Source: Candidatus Shapirobacteria bacterium GW2011_GWF2_37_20
GTDB lineage: Bacteria > Patescibacteriota > Microgenomatia > UBA12405
NCBI GenBank assembly: GCA_000989305.1
Contig: LBTB01000006.1
Location: 2,448 to 66,447, forward strand
Direction of reading: 5' to 3'
Length of the DNA stretch: 64,000 nucleotides
Position 1 is the stretch's first letter. Every line of letters starts with the position of its first letter. Under the pieces are notes generated by a model. The model ran no database searches, had not been told where the DNA came from, and saw nothing but the letters and a program-made list of their open reading frames with translations. The position numbers and the translations under genes are program-made. Positions 46,854 to 56,293 of this stretch are shown here, one piece after another.

Positions 46854-48069
46854 AGCTGATTTTATTACCGATAGGTAAGATTTCGACCCAAATTTGGCCG
46901 GGTACAAAATTAATTTCTTTTCCGGTAGCACTATCTTTGAAAACGGTTCTACCCTGACGGGCAGTTTTGGTCCAGGTAATTTCAGTTTTTTGCCCATTGG
47001 CAAGGTAAACTCCGGTACCGGAACCGATTAGTCCATATAAATTATGGGCGTGTTCGTCGATGGATCGGGATTCTTTGGCAAATTGAATAACTAAATTTTT
47101 GGTACTAACGACCTGTTGATAATTGAAATCAACAGCAGGTTGCCCACCATTGGATCGGAGATATTTATTGGTGCTTGGATCATATTTCCAGGAAACCGTA
47201 TAAGCTTTGTCACCCCAGAAGTCAAAGCTAACTGCGGAGGCCGTTGTGGAAAGCGATTTGTCTTCGGCTTTAAAAGACCAGGGACGGAAAGTCTTGTCCC
47301 AGGAGCTATTATTGATTTCGGTCATATTGGTTAGGCCTCGGCTGGCGGCCACGTTCCAGAGTTCGGTGGTGGAACAGTACATAGTGTGTTCAGTAGCCAC
47401 GTCAACACCGACACGATCCGGTTCGCGACGACAGGCTTTATAGGAAAGAGAAAACTGAGAAAGATCACCCCAGGTACCCTTGTTGTTCCAGCCATATTTA
47501 GCAATTTGTTCAATAGCCTGAGCTTTGACATTGGTGGTACAGGGTCCGCCGACAGTAGCCGCAGAACAATTGGCTCCACCAACGTGGGCGTAGAGAGGAT
47601 AATCAGAATATTCGGAAGCCAAATCAAGGAAATAAGTTCTGGCGGAACGGACCGGACCAACATCATATTTATTAGCGGCGCTACGAGTGGCATTACAATA
47701 GAAAACTCCCATAAATCGAGTGATGCCACCTTCAGCCACAGCTTCATAAACAATATCAGCGTTGGTTAAACCAGATTGAGGACGGGAATCGGCGTGATTT
47801 TCGATCATAACTAAGAGAGGTCGACGGGTAGACCAAATTTTTTGCTCCTCGACGGTGAATTTTTCGCCGTTAATAGGACAGACTTCAGTTTTTGGACCCT
47901 GAAAGGTTAGGAAACCGGTTTGGAGACCAGGAGAAGGAGTTGGAGTGGCGGTGGAATTTTTACTTCGACCGTCAACTGGAAAAACAGTACCGGACAACCA
48001 ATAAGAAGCGAAAGCACCGAAAACAAAAATTAGAGTATAAAGACTTGATTTAAGGATTTTAGGGTTCAT
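46843..48069 (-). CDS. DUF3048 (YerB-like) secreted protein
   Basis: VMIENH..SRPQSGL..ADIVYE..AEGGITRF, GPVRSARTY, GQIWVEI. Confidence 0.88.
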   Translation of the reverse strand: MNPKILKSSLYTLIFVFGAFASYWLSGTVFPVDGRSKNSTATPTPSPGLQTGFLTFQGPKTEVCPINGEKFTVEEQKIWSTRRPLLVMIENHADSRPQSGLTNADIVYEAVAEGGITRFMGVFYCNATRSAANKYDVGPVRSARTYFLDLASEYSDYPLYAHVGGANCSAATVGGPCTTNVKAQAIEQIAKYGWNNKGTWGDLSQFSLSYKACRREPDRVGVDVATEHTMYCSTTELWNVAASRGLTNMTEINNSSWDKTFRPWSFKAEDKSLSTTASAVSFDFWGDKAYTVSWKYDPSTNKYLRSNGGQPAVDFNYQQVVSTKNLVIQFAKESRSIDEHAHNLYGLIGSGTGVYLANGQKTEITWTKTARQGRTVFKDSATGKEINFVPGQIWVEILPIGNKISYEG

Positions 48070-48075
48070 AAAATA

Positions 48076-48432
48076 TTAACGACTAATAGCTTTTAATATA
48101 GCTGATTTTTCCTCTTTTGACAAAGTAATATTATCACCTTGACCGTTTTTTATGGCCTTGGCATAAATTCGACTAAAAGAGCGGTGATGAAGAGAAGTAA
48201 GTAAAAGTCCGGAATTTTCCTTGTTTAATAAAACTAAAATAAAACTCTGATCGCCACCAACATCATCAAAAGGATTGAAACGAACCAATTTCATCTTTTC
48301 AATTGTACCGGAAGTTTCCGCCACTTTTCCGTTTTTTGTCGGGAGATGACGATACTTGGTTAAAATTAAAAATAAAAGGTATAAAAAACCTAAAAAATTT
48401 AAGATTGTGAGCAAATAAAAGATGGACGGCAT
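48076..48432 (-). CDS. DUF4446 family protein (start refined to ATG 48432)
   Basis: N-terminal TM, VRFNPFDDVGGDQSF, RIYAK, LSKEE. Confidence 0.85.
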   Translation of the reverse strand: MPSIFYLLTILNFLGFLYLLFLILTKYRHLPTKNGKVAETSGTIEKMKLVRFNPFDDVGGDQSFILVLLNKENSGLLLTSLHHRSFSRIYAKAIKNGQGDNITLSKEEKSAILKAISR

Positions 48433-48478
48433 GGCTTGAATAATTTTACCAAAAGAGCTCATGTTATACTGAAGTTGA

Positions 48479-48604
48479 ATGAAACAGGCACAAATTGATA
48501 ATCAGGAAAAGAGCCACTACTTACGCAAAGATTTGATCAAAAGTTTTTTGCTTAGCGTCGTAGCTATTGCAATCGTAGCTGTTTTGTATTATGTTTGGAA
48601 GTGA
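48479..48604 (+). CDS. Small single-TM protein, 41 aa (not in ORF track)
   Basis: MKQAQIDNQEKSHYLRKDLIKSFLLSVVAIAIVAVLYYVWK; TGT-TATACT 8 nt upstream. Confidence 0.6.
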   Translation: MKQAQIDNQEKSHYLRKDLIKSFLLSVVAIAIVAVLYYVWK

Positions 48605-48637
48605 GTTAGCTTTAATTTTTAAGGAGGTGAAAAAGTA

Positions 48638-48811
48638 ATGGCAGTTATTAAATTTTATTCCGTAAAATCTAGAAAGAGTGTGGAAGTCGATGTTTCCAAA
48701 GTTACTAAGGTCATGTTGAAAAATGGTAGACCAGCAGCTCAGGCAATTGATCCTGAGACCGGAGTCAAGATGTTCAAAATCTTATCCGCAGCTGATGCAG
48801 CCCTATTGTAG
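48638..48811 (+). CDS. Small basic protein, Cys-less DUF5679-like, 57 aa (not in ORF track)
   Basis: MAVIKFYSVKSRKSVEVDVSKVTKVMLKNGRPAAQAIDPETGVKMFKILSAADAALL; SD AAGGAGGTGA at 48621-48630; terminator follows. Confidence 0.85.
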   Translation: MAVIKFYSVKSRKSVEVDVSKVTKVMLKNGRPAAQAIDPETGVKMFKILSAADAALL

Positions 48812-48818
48812 AAAGAAT

Positions 48819-48855
48819 AAAAATCCCTCTAAGGTAAAACTTGGGGGGATTTTTT
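48819..48855 (+). terminator. Intrinsic terminator
   Basis: aaaaaTCCCTCTAAG-gtaaaa-CTTGGGGGGAtttttt. Confidence 0.75.
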
Positions 48856-48867
48856 GGTAAAATTAGC

Positions 48868-49130
48868 TACTTCAAGGAGATTGAAGGGTTTACCCGCTCA
48901 GGCGGGAGGAAAGTCCGGACCACAAAAAGCAAGGAACTCAAATAGGTAGAGACTGCCGTAAGGTAGTGGCTATGCTACAGAGACGAGTAGGCGCAAGCCG
49001 AGATGAAACGAGCATCCTTCCTGTGGAAATCTCAAATCGAGGCGCTTGATCTAGCTTTTGAAAGCCTCAGGTAGAGAGAATAGATAGATGGCCCATAAAC
49101 AGAATCCGGCTTAACAATCTCTTTGAAGTA
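48868..49130 (+). ncRNA. rnpB: RNase P RNA (about 263 nt)
   Basis: P1 TACTTCAAGGAGATTG/CAATCTCTTTGAAGTA; GAGGAAAGTCCGG; ACAGAGA...TGAAAC; ACAGAATCCGGCTTA; TGG-TAAAAT just upstream. Confidence 0.93.
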
Positions 49131-49135
49131 TTTTT

Positions 49136-50104
49136 TTATTTTTTAGCCAGGGTTTTGACGATTGTTTCAACAGTAAGGTAAAGAGGGACGGCAATGACAG
49201 CACCGACAATACCGCCAAGTTTAGCTCCAGAAGCAATTAGGAGAATGGTAACCAAAGGATTGATACCGACGGTTTCTTTCATAATCTTGGGAACAATAAA
49301 GTTGTTCTCCAATTGCTGAACAATTATTCCCCAAGCAACAGCTAAGAGAGCTATCAGGGGAGAAATGGTCAGACCAAAGAGACCGGCTAAAATTGAAGCA
49401 ATGGTAGGACCAATATTGGGAACCATTTCCAATAAACCGGCTATGATAGCCAAAGGTAGGGCATAATTCACACCAATTATTAAGTAACCAATATAGGAAA
49501 GAATGCCAATAATGAGCATTAGGAGCAACTCGGCACTAACCCAATGACCCAGGCGTTTTTCAAGCTCGTTTATAACTTCAACCGCTTTTGAACTCCTGTC
49601 TCCAAAGATCTCTATAAGATATTTATCAAAATTTTTCCTTTCTAAGAGCAGGTAAAAGGTAATGACAAAGAAGACAAAGACAGAAACGATGTTGGAAAAA
49701 ATTGACAGAGCCGTGGTGGCAATGTTTGAAGGTAAATTTTCTAGTATTTTTAATTGAGATGAAAAATCAGCCGGATTGAGGCCCCAGATACTTATATTTT
49801 GAACTATACCGGGAAGATTATGAATAAGATTGGTGGACTGTTCGACCAAGGCCGGAATAAGGCCGGCAAAAGAGAAAATTATAGCGGCAACAATTATGGC
49901 ATAAACAATTAATATGGCGACAACTCGTGGTAATTTAAATTTTTGGAGCCAGGTAACAGCGGGATTCAGACCTTCCATGAAGATGTAGCAAAGAAAAACC
50001 AAAAGGATTAAGCTACGGAGTTGCCAAACAACAAGAAGGGAAAGTATAAATAAGACAAAAAAGATAATAGTTTTGTAGGAAATCTCAACTTTTTGGGGTT
50101 TCAT
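49136..50104 (-). CDS. AI-2E family (PerM-like) transporter (start refined to ATG 50104)
   Basis: LNPAVTWL, FYLL, MVPNIGP, QQLENNFIVPKIM, GGIVGAVIAVP. Confidence 0.9.
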   Translation of the reverse strand: MKPQKVEISYKTIIFFVLFILSLLVVWQLRSLILLVFLCYIFMEGLNPAVTWLQKFKLPRVVAILIVYAIIVAAIIFSFAGLIPALVEQSTNLIHNLPGIVQNISIWGLNPADFSSQLKILENLPSNIATTALSIFSNIVSVFVFFVITFYLLLERKNFDKYLIEIFGDRSSKAVEVINELEKRLGHWVSAELLLMLIIGILSYIGYLIIGVNYALPLAIIAGLLEMVPNIGPTIASILAGLFGLTISPLIALLAVAWGIIVQQLENNFIVPKIMKETVGINPLVTILLIASGAKLGGIVGAVIAVPLYLTVETIVKTLAKK

Positions 50105-51081
50105 GACAAATTGTACCATTTTTTGACTAAATCAAGGGCAAGGAGCAGGTATTTTGGCTTGGTAATATCGATAAAATGGAGGTTTGTTTGTTTTTTAAAC
50201 CAAGTAAGTTGGCGACGGGCATATGAGTGCTCGTCAAAACGCCAAACATCAACACAATCTTTCAAAGATTTTTGGTGATTAAAATAATCTCTAAACTCTT
50301 TATAGGCCAGGGTGTTTAGTCCCGGATCTGACCAGGAATATTTTTTTAGTAAGTTTTTAATTTCATCTAAGAGGCCTATGTCCAGGCGTTTTTGAACACG
50401 GGTGTCAATGCGGGGATACAAGCATGAAGTAGGGGCGGTAAGAGAAAGGTGGAGAATATTAAAATTATTTTTATTTATTTGGATGTGATTAATCACATCC
50501 TTACCACTTAGTTTTATTTCTATTTTTCTGATTAAGCGATGGGGGTTGTGTTGTTCGGAGTTGTTTAGGGAATCAAAAGATTTTTTGTCCAACAAACGAT
50601 ATATTCTTTGAAGAGTTGATGTGGATAACTTGTTGAAAAAAAAGCGTAAAAATTTATTTGGTCGTATAAAATAAGTTGATTTGTCGGGATTAACAATACT
50701 ATCAATATATAAACCGGTACCGCCAACAATTATTGGGAGTTTGTTTTGAGAATGAATTTCAATAATTTTTTGAAAGGCTAGTTTTTGATATTGGACGACG
50801 GAAAAATCTTGATCCGGAGTAATTAAATCAATTAAATTAATTTTGAAACCTTTCGGATGGTCTTTGCCGGTACCAACATCCAAACCCTGATAAATTTGGC
50901 GGGAGTCGGCAGAAATCAAAACGCCGTTGAATTTTTTGGCCAAAGAAATGGCTAGGTCAGTTTTACCAGTAGCAGTGGGGCCGGAAATGATGAGGATTCT
51001 ATTTTCTGTTAAAGACACATTCGGTTGAGTCACAGTTTGGGGTACGACATTCAATTTTTTTGATAAGACTTGCTCCATCAA
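50101..51081 (-). CDS. miaA: tRNA dimethylallyltransferase (true start may be GTG 51018)
   Basis: ISGPTATGKT, ISADSRQIY, VGGTGLY, YARRQLTWF. Confidence 0.95.
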   Translation of the reverse strand: MMEQVLSKKLNVVPQTVTQPNVSLTENRILIISGPTATGKTDLAISLAKKFNGVLISADSRQIYQGLDVGTGKDHPKGFKINLIDLITPDQDFSVVQYQKLAFQKIIEIHSQNKLPIIVGGTGLYIDSIVNPDKSTYFIRPNKFLRFFFNKLSTSTLQRIYRLLDKKSFDSLNNSEQHNPHRLIRKIEIKLSGKDVINHIQINKNNFNILHLSLTAPTSCLYPRIDTRVQKRLDIGLLDEIKNLLKKYSWSDPGLNTLAYKEFRDYFNHQKSLKDCVDVWRFDEHSYARRQLTWFKKQTNLHFIDITKPKYLLLALDLVKKWYNLS

Positions 51082-51238
51082 TATTGATTGTACCAGCGAT
51101 ATCTAAATCGCACTCTGGTCGATCAATCACGTATCCTTGTTTCTGGTCGGCGACAATTTTTCTCAAAAAAGCTACGGGGGGTTTGTTTTCTCCGCCAGAA
51201 GAATAATTTCCTTGGACAACATCAATACTTTTTGGCAT
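50999..51238 (-). CDS. Small hypothetical protein with C-terminal Cys cluster
   Basis: MPKSID...EC...ECRTPNCDSTEC; lies between ychF and miaA. Confidence 0.5.
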   Translation of the reverse strand: MPKSIDVVQGNYSSGGENKPPVAFLRKIVADQKQGYVIDRPECDLDIAGTINIDGASLIKKIECRTPNCDSTECVFNRK

Positions 51239-51290
51239 ATTGATACGTGGAGTATACAACAATCTTTTTGAAAGATAAATAACAAACTAC

Positions 51291-52352
51291 TTAGACGTTA
51301 AATCTAAACTCAACAATATCGTCGGGGTGCATTTGATAAGTTTTACCTTCGTGACGAAGTAGACCTTTGACCTTAGCGCCTTCCCAGCCATTATTAGCCA
51401 CAAAATCGGCATAAGAAACAATTTCAGCCATGATAAAACCATGTTGAAAATCGGTGTGAATGGCTCCGGCGGCCTCCGGGGCAGTCGCGTCTTTTTTGAT
51501 AGTCCATGCCCTGGCTTCTTTAACACCGGCGGTATAAAAAGACTGAAGACCTAAAGTTTCATAGGCCTTTTGGATGACCCGCTCAAGCCCTGATTTTTCC
51601 ATACCCAATTCCTTTAAATAATTTTTTCTGTCGTCCAGTGATAGTTCTGATAATTCAAATTCGGTTTTAGCACAAACGGGAATAACATTTTCTAAAGATG
51701 TTTTAAAATTTTGAGTATCAGCGTAAGTTGATTCATCGACGTTGGCAACAATAAAATAGGGTTTGGCAGTTAACAAAAAGAATTCTTTTAATATTAGTTT
51801 TTCGTCGTCGCTTAAGTCCAAATTAATAGCTAATTTGCCTTGTTCCAGGCCAGATTTTAGATTTTTGGCCAAAGCAAACTTTTTGGTTTTCAATTCAGCT
51901 GCATTATTTTTATTACTATCAAGATACTTGTCAATGCTTTCCAAGTCTTTAATTATTAATTCGGCACAGATGACTTCAAAGTCACCCTGGGGATCAACAC
52001 TTCCTTCTTTGACAACACTGGGGTCAGAAAAGTGACGGACGACATGACAAATAGCATCACAATCACGGATGTTGGTCAAAAATTTATTTCCCAACCCCTC
52101 ACCGGTTGAGGCACCTTTAACCAGACCGGCAATGTCAACAAACTCGACAATGGCGGGGACAATTTTTGTGGTTTTAACAATGTCGGCCAAGACTTGTAAT
52201 TTATCGTCGGGGACCTCAACCACTCCAACATTTGGATCGATGGTGCAAAAGGGATAGTTACTGGCGTCAGCAACCTGACGACCTAAAAGCGCGTTAAATA
52301 AAGTCGATTTACCAACATTTGGGAGTCCGACAATGGCAATGCTCAATTTCAT
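51291..52352 (-). CDS. ychF: Obg-like ATPase YchF
   Basis: [51 protein letters not shown]. Confidence 0.97.
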   Translation of the reverse strand: MKLSIAIVGLPNVGKSTLFNALLGRQVADASNYPFCTIDPNVGVVEVPDDKLQVLADIVKTTKIVPAIVEFVDIAGLVKGASTGEGLGNKFLTNIRDCDAICHVVRHFSDPSVVKEGSVDPQGDFEVICAELIIKDLESIDKYLDSNKNNAAELKTKKFALAKNLKSGLEQGKLAINLDLSDDEKLILKEFFLLTAKPYFIVANVDESTYADTQNFKTSLENVIPVCAKTEFELSELSLDDRKNYLKELGMEKSGLERVIQKAYETLGLQSFYTAGVKEARAWTIKKDATAPEAAGAIHTDFQHGFIMAEIVSYADFVANNGWEGAKVKGLLRHEGKTYQMHPDDIVEFRFNV

Positions 52353-52424
52353 ACTTCTGGATTATACCGTGAATAGGATAAATTTTGGTATATAAAAACA
52401 TATAATTTTATTTTATAATCCCCT

Positions 52425-53084
52425 ATGTCAGGAAATATTGAAAATAAAGGACTTTTAATAGTGTTGTCCGGCTCCTCTGGAGTGGGAAAAGATGTGATAA
52501 TGCAAAGAACAATCGAAAGACAGCCATCTTTAAAAAGAGTCATAACGTATTGCGCCGACAGAGGGCCAAGACCGGGAGAGATTGACGGAATTCATTACCA
52601 TTTTATTTCCGAAGATAAATTTGATGAAATGATTTTGAATGGAGAATTTATTGAATTCAACAAAACACCCGGGATAATAAAAGGAACTGCCAGAGGCGAT
52701 TTGGAAGAGGCTCTAAGCGGAGAAAAAGTAATTTGGAGAATAGATCCGGACAGGGCGTCGGGGGTTAAAAATTATTTAGCACAAACGGGAGCTGAAAATT
52801 TAGTACCCCTAACCAGAACCATCTACTTGGGGGTTCCAACCATCAGGGAGCTTTGGAGAAGAATAAACGAAAGAAAATCTAGTGAAAGTAAAGAAAAAAG
52901 AGTGAAAAGACTAAGGTTCGATTGGGAAACCTGGAATGAGCAACGAGATAGATTTGACATCATGATAATGAACGAAACCGGAAAAATAGAAGAGACTGTT
53001 GATCAAATTTTAGAGTTTATTGACAAAGAATCAAAGACAGCATGTCTTCCTGAGAGCCGCAATCTGCCTTTTACGAATAATTAG
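52425..53084 (+). CDS. gmk: Guanylate kinase-like protein (divergent)
   Basis: LSGSSGVGKD P-loop, RPGEIDGIHYHFIS, GEFIE. Confidence 0.75.
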   Translation: MSGNIENKGLLIVLSGSSGVGKDVIMQRTIERQPSLKRVITYCADRGPRPGEIDGIHYHFISEDKFDEMILNGEFIEFNKTPGIIKGTARGDLEEALSGEKVIWRIDPDRASGVKNYLAQTGAENLVPLTRTIYLGVPTIRELWRRINERKSSESKEKRVKRLRFDWETWNEQRDRFDIMIMNETGKIEETVDQILEFIDKESKTACLPESRNLPFTNN

Positions 53085-53699
53085 TCGGGGGTCGGAGTCA
53101 ATAATTTTTTGAGCTTCTAATAAATATTTTTTATTTTTTGTCAATTCCCCTAGCCTCATTAGACAGCCGGAACGCCAGACATGATAGACAAAGGAATCGG
53201 TAACGGATTCATATTTTTCAATAAGTTTTAAGCCATCTAAAAGATTTCTTAGACCCTCAGTTTTTTTACCGGCACGATATTGGGCTTCACCTAAATGATA
53301 CTGAAAATCCCCTTTTTCCGCTTCTTCTTTTGGATATTTTAAAAACGCTTTTAAATAAAATTTTTCAGCTTTTAGAAAATTGTTGGCCAACATTTCCATT
53401 TCTCCAAGACGAAAATAACATCGGTGAATTTTTGGGGAAATTTTAAAATATTTGGCAATTTCAAGGGAGGATAGGGCTGAGTTATAAGCAAGGTTTCTGA
53501 AACTATAATCGTTACTTAGTAAAAATAAATGTTTATAAGTTAAACAGCGACCACCAAGAGTCTCGACCAAGTCGAAATGATTTTTTTCCTGTTGATATTT
53601 ATAAATAACTTCTTCGTAAAGTTTTAGAGCGTCTAAAAGCTTGTCACTCTCACGAAGTTTTTCAGCTTTTTGATGAAGGGGACTAATCGGACTTATCAT
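53031..53699 (-). CDS. TPR-like repeat protein
   Basis: Helical repeats such as ALKLYEE, YFRLGE, YHLGEAQYRAG. Confidence 0.7.
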   Translation of the reverse strand: MISPISPLHQKAEKLRESDKLLDALKLYEEVIYKYQQEKNHFDLVETLGGRCLTYKHLFLLSNDYSFRNLAYNSALSSLEIAKYFKISPKIHRCYFRLGEMEMLANNFLKAEKFYLKAFLKYPKEEAEKGDFQYHLGEAQYRAGKKTEGLRNLLDGLKLIEKYESVTDSFVYHVWRSGCLMRLGELTKNKKYLLEAQKIIDSDPRLIIRKRQIAALRKTCCL

Positions 53700-53702
53700 A
53701 AT

Positions 53703-54302
53703 TTATTTTTGTTTAATACTCTTTAACCACTTGTTAGTTTTTAAGTGCCACTGTCCATATTTTCTTTTTAATTTTATCAAATCAGGTAATCCAAATTTAT
53801 TTTTGAGACGGTCGATAATGATACTGTCACTGGGACGGTATATTACGAGCATTTTTTTAATATCTACCAGGGTTTTATAGTTTGGATAACTTTTGCTGTG
53901 GAAACAATCGGCATAAGTAACAATTTCTTCTTCGAGAGTAATGGGAATATTAGGATAGATACCGATACCATTATGGACTAAACAAAAACGGGCTAAATTT
54001 TCTGGAATATTCTCCTGATGACAAAGTTCGTATCCAAATTGGCTGTGTAAAATATATTTTTCAGTCTTATTGAAATCGTCGTCAAAACATTTATAAAAAC
54101 CTAGATCATGAATAAGGGCTCCGGCTGTTAATAAGTCAGAGTCGAGATTAATCTGATATTTACTTTTTAAATTGTGAGCAATTTGGAGAGAAATTTCTTT
54201 AACAATAAGACTATGGGTCCAAACTAAATCTAGTAGTTCTTCTCTATATTTTCCGTGAGAATATTTTTGATGAAGTGAATAAATTTGTGATTCATTAAAC
54301 AT
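53703..54302 (-). CDS. HD domain phosphohydrolase
   Basis: WTHS, GALIHDLG, YILH, VHNG, VTYADCFHSK. Confidence 0.88.
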   Translation of the reverse strand: MFNESQIYSLHQKYSHGKYREELLDLVWTHSLIVKEISLQIAHNLKSKYQINLDSDLLTAGALIHDLGFYKCFDDDFNKTEKYILHSQFGYELCHQENIPENLARFCLVHNGIGIYPNIPITLEEEIVTYADCFHSKSYPNYKTLVDIKKMLVIYRPSDSIIIDRLKNKFGLPDLIKLKRKYGQWHLKTNKWLKSIKQK

Positions 54303-54318
54303 GGCTTATTTTACAACT

Positions 54319-54347
54319 AAAAAGCCCCTGACGAATCAGGGGCTTTT
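54319..54347 (-). terminator. Intrinsic terminator after the HU gene
   Basis: aaaaaGCCCCTGA-cgaa-TCAGGGGCtttt on the plus strand; U-tract on the minus strand. Confidence 0.8.
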
Positions 54348-54352
54348 GAAAT

Positions 54353-54607
54353 CTAGAGAAAATTAGGAATGTAGCGAGGCATACGTCGGGCCATGATTTT
54401 TTTGGATTCTTTAGAACCAATGGCTTTGATGGTTTTTGCCTTGAACATTTTGGTTTTGAAGGTGCCGAAACCCGAGAGTTTGACAACCTCACCAGAAGCA
54501 AGTGCCTTCATGATTTCATTTAAAAAGGTTTCGACAGAAACCTTGGCAGCTTTCTTGGACAGTTTAGCTTTTTGAGCTACGACTTCGATTAGATCTTTTT
54601 TGGTCAT
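54353..54607 (-). CDS. hup: HU family DNA-binding protein (divergent arm, short C-terminus)
   Basis: MTKKDLIEVVA...LSKK...ALASGEVVKLSGFGTF. Confidence 0.88.
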   Translation of the reverse strand: MTKKDLIEVVAQKAKLSKKAAKVSVETFLNEIMKALASGEVVKLSGFGTFKTKMFKAKTIKAIGSKESKKIMARRMPRYIPNFL

Positions 54608-54667
54608 TTTTTATTGAATTTATAATTCAGCTATCATTATTAGCTACTTTCCACTAAATTTCAAGTA

Positions 54668-56293
54668 TTACCCTTCGTTTTTAACCGCACTTTTATTGAT
54701 TTTACTACCGATAATGGTCGAAGATGTCCTAAGTTCCCGGATAACTGTCACTTTTATCTGACCGGCCCATTTGGCCTCTTCTTCGAGTTTATCTGCGATA
54801 TTTTGGCTAAGGACTGTGGCTTCTTCGTCGTTAACAGTAGAGGGTTCGACAATAACCATGACCTCGCGACCAGCTTGATAAGCAGCAACACTGGTAACAC
54901 CAGGAAAGCCCTTGGCGACTTCTTCAATGTTTTGCATTCTCTTGAGATACTCCTCATGAACCTCATAACGGGCTCCAGGACGAGCTCCAGAGGCCGCATC
55001 ACCTAAATAAACTAATACTGACTCCACTGAAGAAAAAGCTTTGTCCTCGTGGTGCTCAGCGACGGCATTGATAACTGCCTCCGGCATTTTATAGTGACGT
55101 AAGAGATCAACACCCAATTCAACGTGAGTTCCTTCCTGATCATTGATGACTTTACCAATATCATGAAGAAGGGTACCCAGGCGAACAGTATTGACATCAG
55201 CCTTTAGGTCAAAAGCCAAAGCGACAGCAATTTTAACTGCCTCAACGGTATGTTTGGCCAAATTTTGACCGTAGGAAAAGCGGAATTTGAATTTACCAAT
55301 TTCTTTTATTAATTCGACAGGTAAGCTATAAACACCGACTTCCTGACAGATTCTTTTACCTTCGTTTAGTAAAATTTTATCCATATCGGCGCGGGTCTGG
55401 GCGACCAATTGTTCTATTTTTACGGGTTGAATACGACCATCTTTGATTAATTTTTCCAAGGTTAAGCGGGCTACCTCGCGGCGAGTAGAATCAAAAGAAG
55501 AGATTCGAATATCGTTGGTTTCATCAAGTTCTAGTTCAACACCGGTAGCTTTCTCGAAAGCACGAATATTGCGGCCTTCGCGGCCAATAATTTTGCCCTT
55601 AATTTTTTCATCGGGAAGGGTAATGGTAGAAACGGTGTACTCAGCCACATAATCGGTAACACCGTGGGTGAGAGCTTCGGAGAGAATTTCTTTAGCTAAT
55701 TCGTCTTGACGGGTACTGAGATCATCCTTGCTTTCTTCGATTTTTTTGGCAAGCCAGGAGGTCATTTTCTTTTCTACACTACTCATTAAAAGCTGTTTGG
55801 CCTTGTCAACATCAAGTCCGGAAATATTTTCAAGCTTTTCCAGTTGTTTTCGATAAAGCTCATCAATTTGATCAGCTTTTTTCTTGATATCAACTTGTTG
55901 GGTGTCAAGAGATTGCTCTTTTTGGAGAAAATATTTTTCCTTCTCATTGAGAGAGGACAATCTTTGGAAGATCTCGGCTTCTTTGGTCTTAGCCTCGGTT
56001 TCGATACGACGGGCATTTTCAATAATAATTTTGGCCTGAGCTTGAGCCTGGGCTTCAATTTGAGGATTAACAACCGGGGCGGCAGGAACAGAATCTGCGG
56101 TAACTTTTTTGGTTTTACCAACTTTTTCTGCCTTAGACGGGGAAAAAACTACCCGATTATTATCGGTATCGGTTTCGGTGACACTTTCAGTAACGGTGTC
56201 ACTTTTGACAACTTTTGAATTAAGCGGCGAAGCGGGAACCTCAGTCGTCCCATTTAAAAGACTTTTAAACTTCGAAAGAAATGAATTAAACAT
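54668..56293 (-). CDS. rny: Ribonuclease Y
   Basis: Coiled coil, KH (KGKIIGREGRNIRAFE), SYGQN, LLHDIGK, SGARPGAR, YQAGRE, GQIKVTVIRE; SD GGAGG upstream. Confidence 0.96.
   Translation of the reverse strand: MFNSFLSKFKSLLNGTTEVPASPLNSKVVKSDTVTESVTETDTDNNRVVFSPSKAEKVGKTKKVTADSVPAAPVVNPQIEAQAQAQAKIIIENARRIETEAKTKEAEIFQRLSSLNEKEKYFLQKEQSLDTQQVDIKKKADQIDELYRKQLEKLENISGLDVDKAKQLLMSSVEKKMTSWLAKKIEESKDDLSTRQDELAKEILSEALTHGVTDYVAEYTVSTITLPDEKIKGKIIGREGRNIRAFEKATGVELELDETNDIRISSFDSTRREVARLTLEKLIKDGRIQPVKIEQLVAQTRADMDKILLNEGKRICQEVGVYSLPVELIKEIGKFKFRFSYGQNLAKHTVEAVKIAVALAFDLKADVNTVRLGTLLHDIGKVINDQEGTHVELGVDLLRHYKMPEAVINAVAEHHEDKAFSSVESVLVYLGDAASGARPGARYEVHEEYLKRMQNIEEVAKGFPGVTSVAAYQAGREVMVIVEPSTVNDEEATVLSQNIADKLEEEAKWAGQIKVTVIRELRTSSTIIGSKINKSAVKNEG

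Noticed and set aside
46854-47003. N-terminal extension of the wHTH ORF
   Set aside because: It lies inside the DUF3048 gene; ATG 46853 gives a typical short overlap.
54295-54501. Alternative-frame ORF as a frameshifted HU C-terminus
   Set aside because: It reads through the terminator hairpin and does not resemble the last HU helix.
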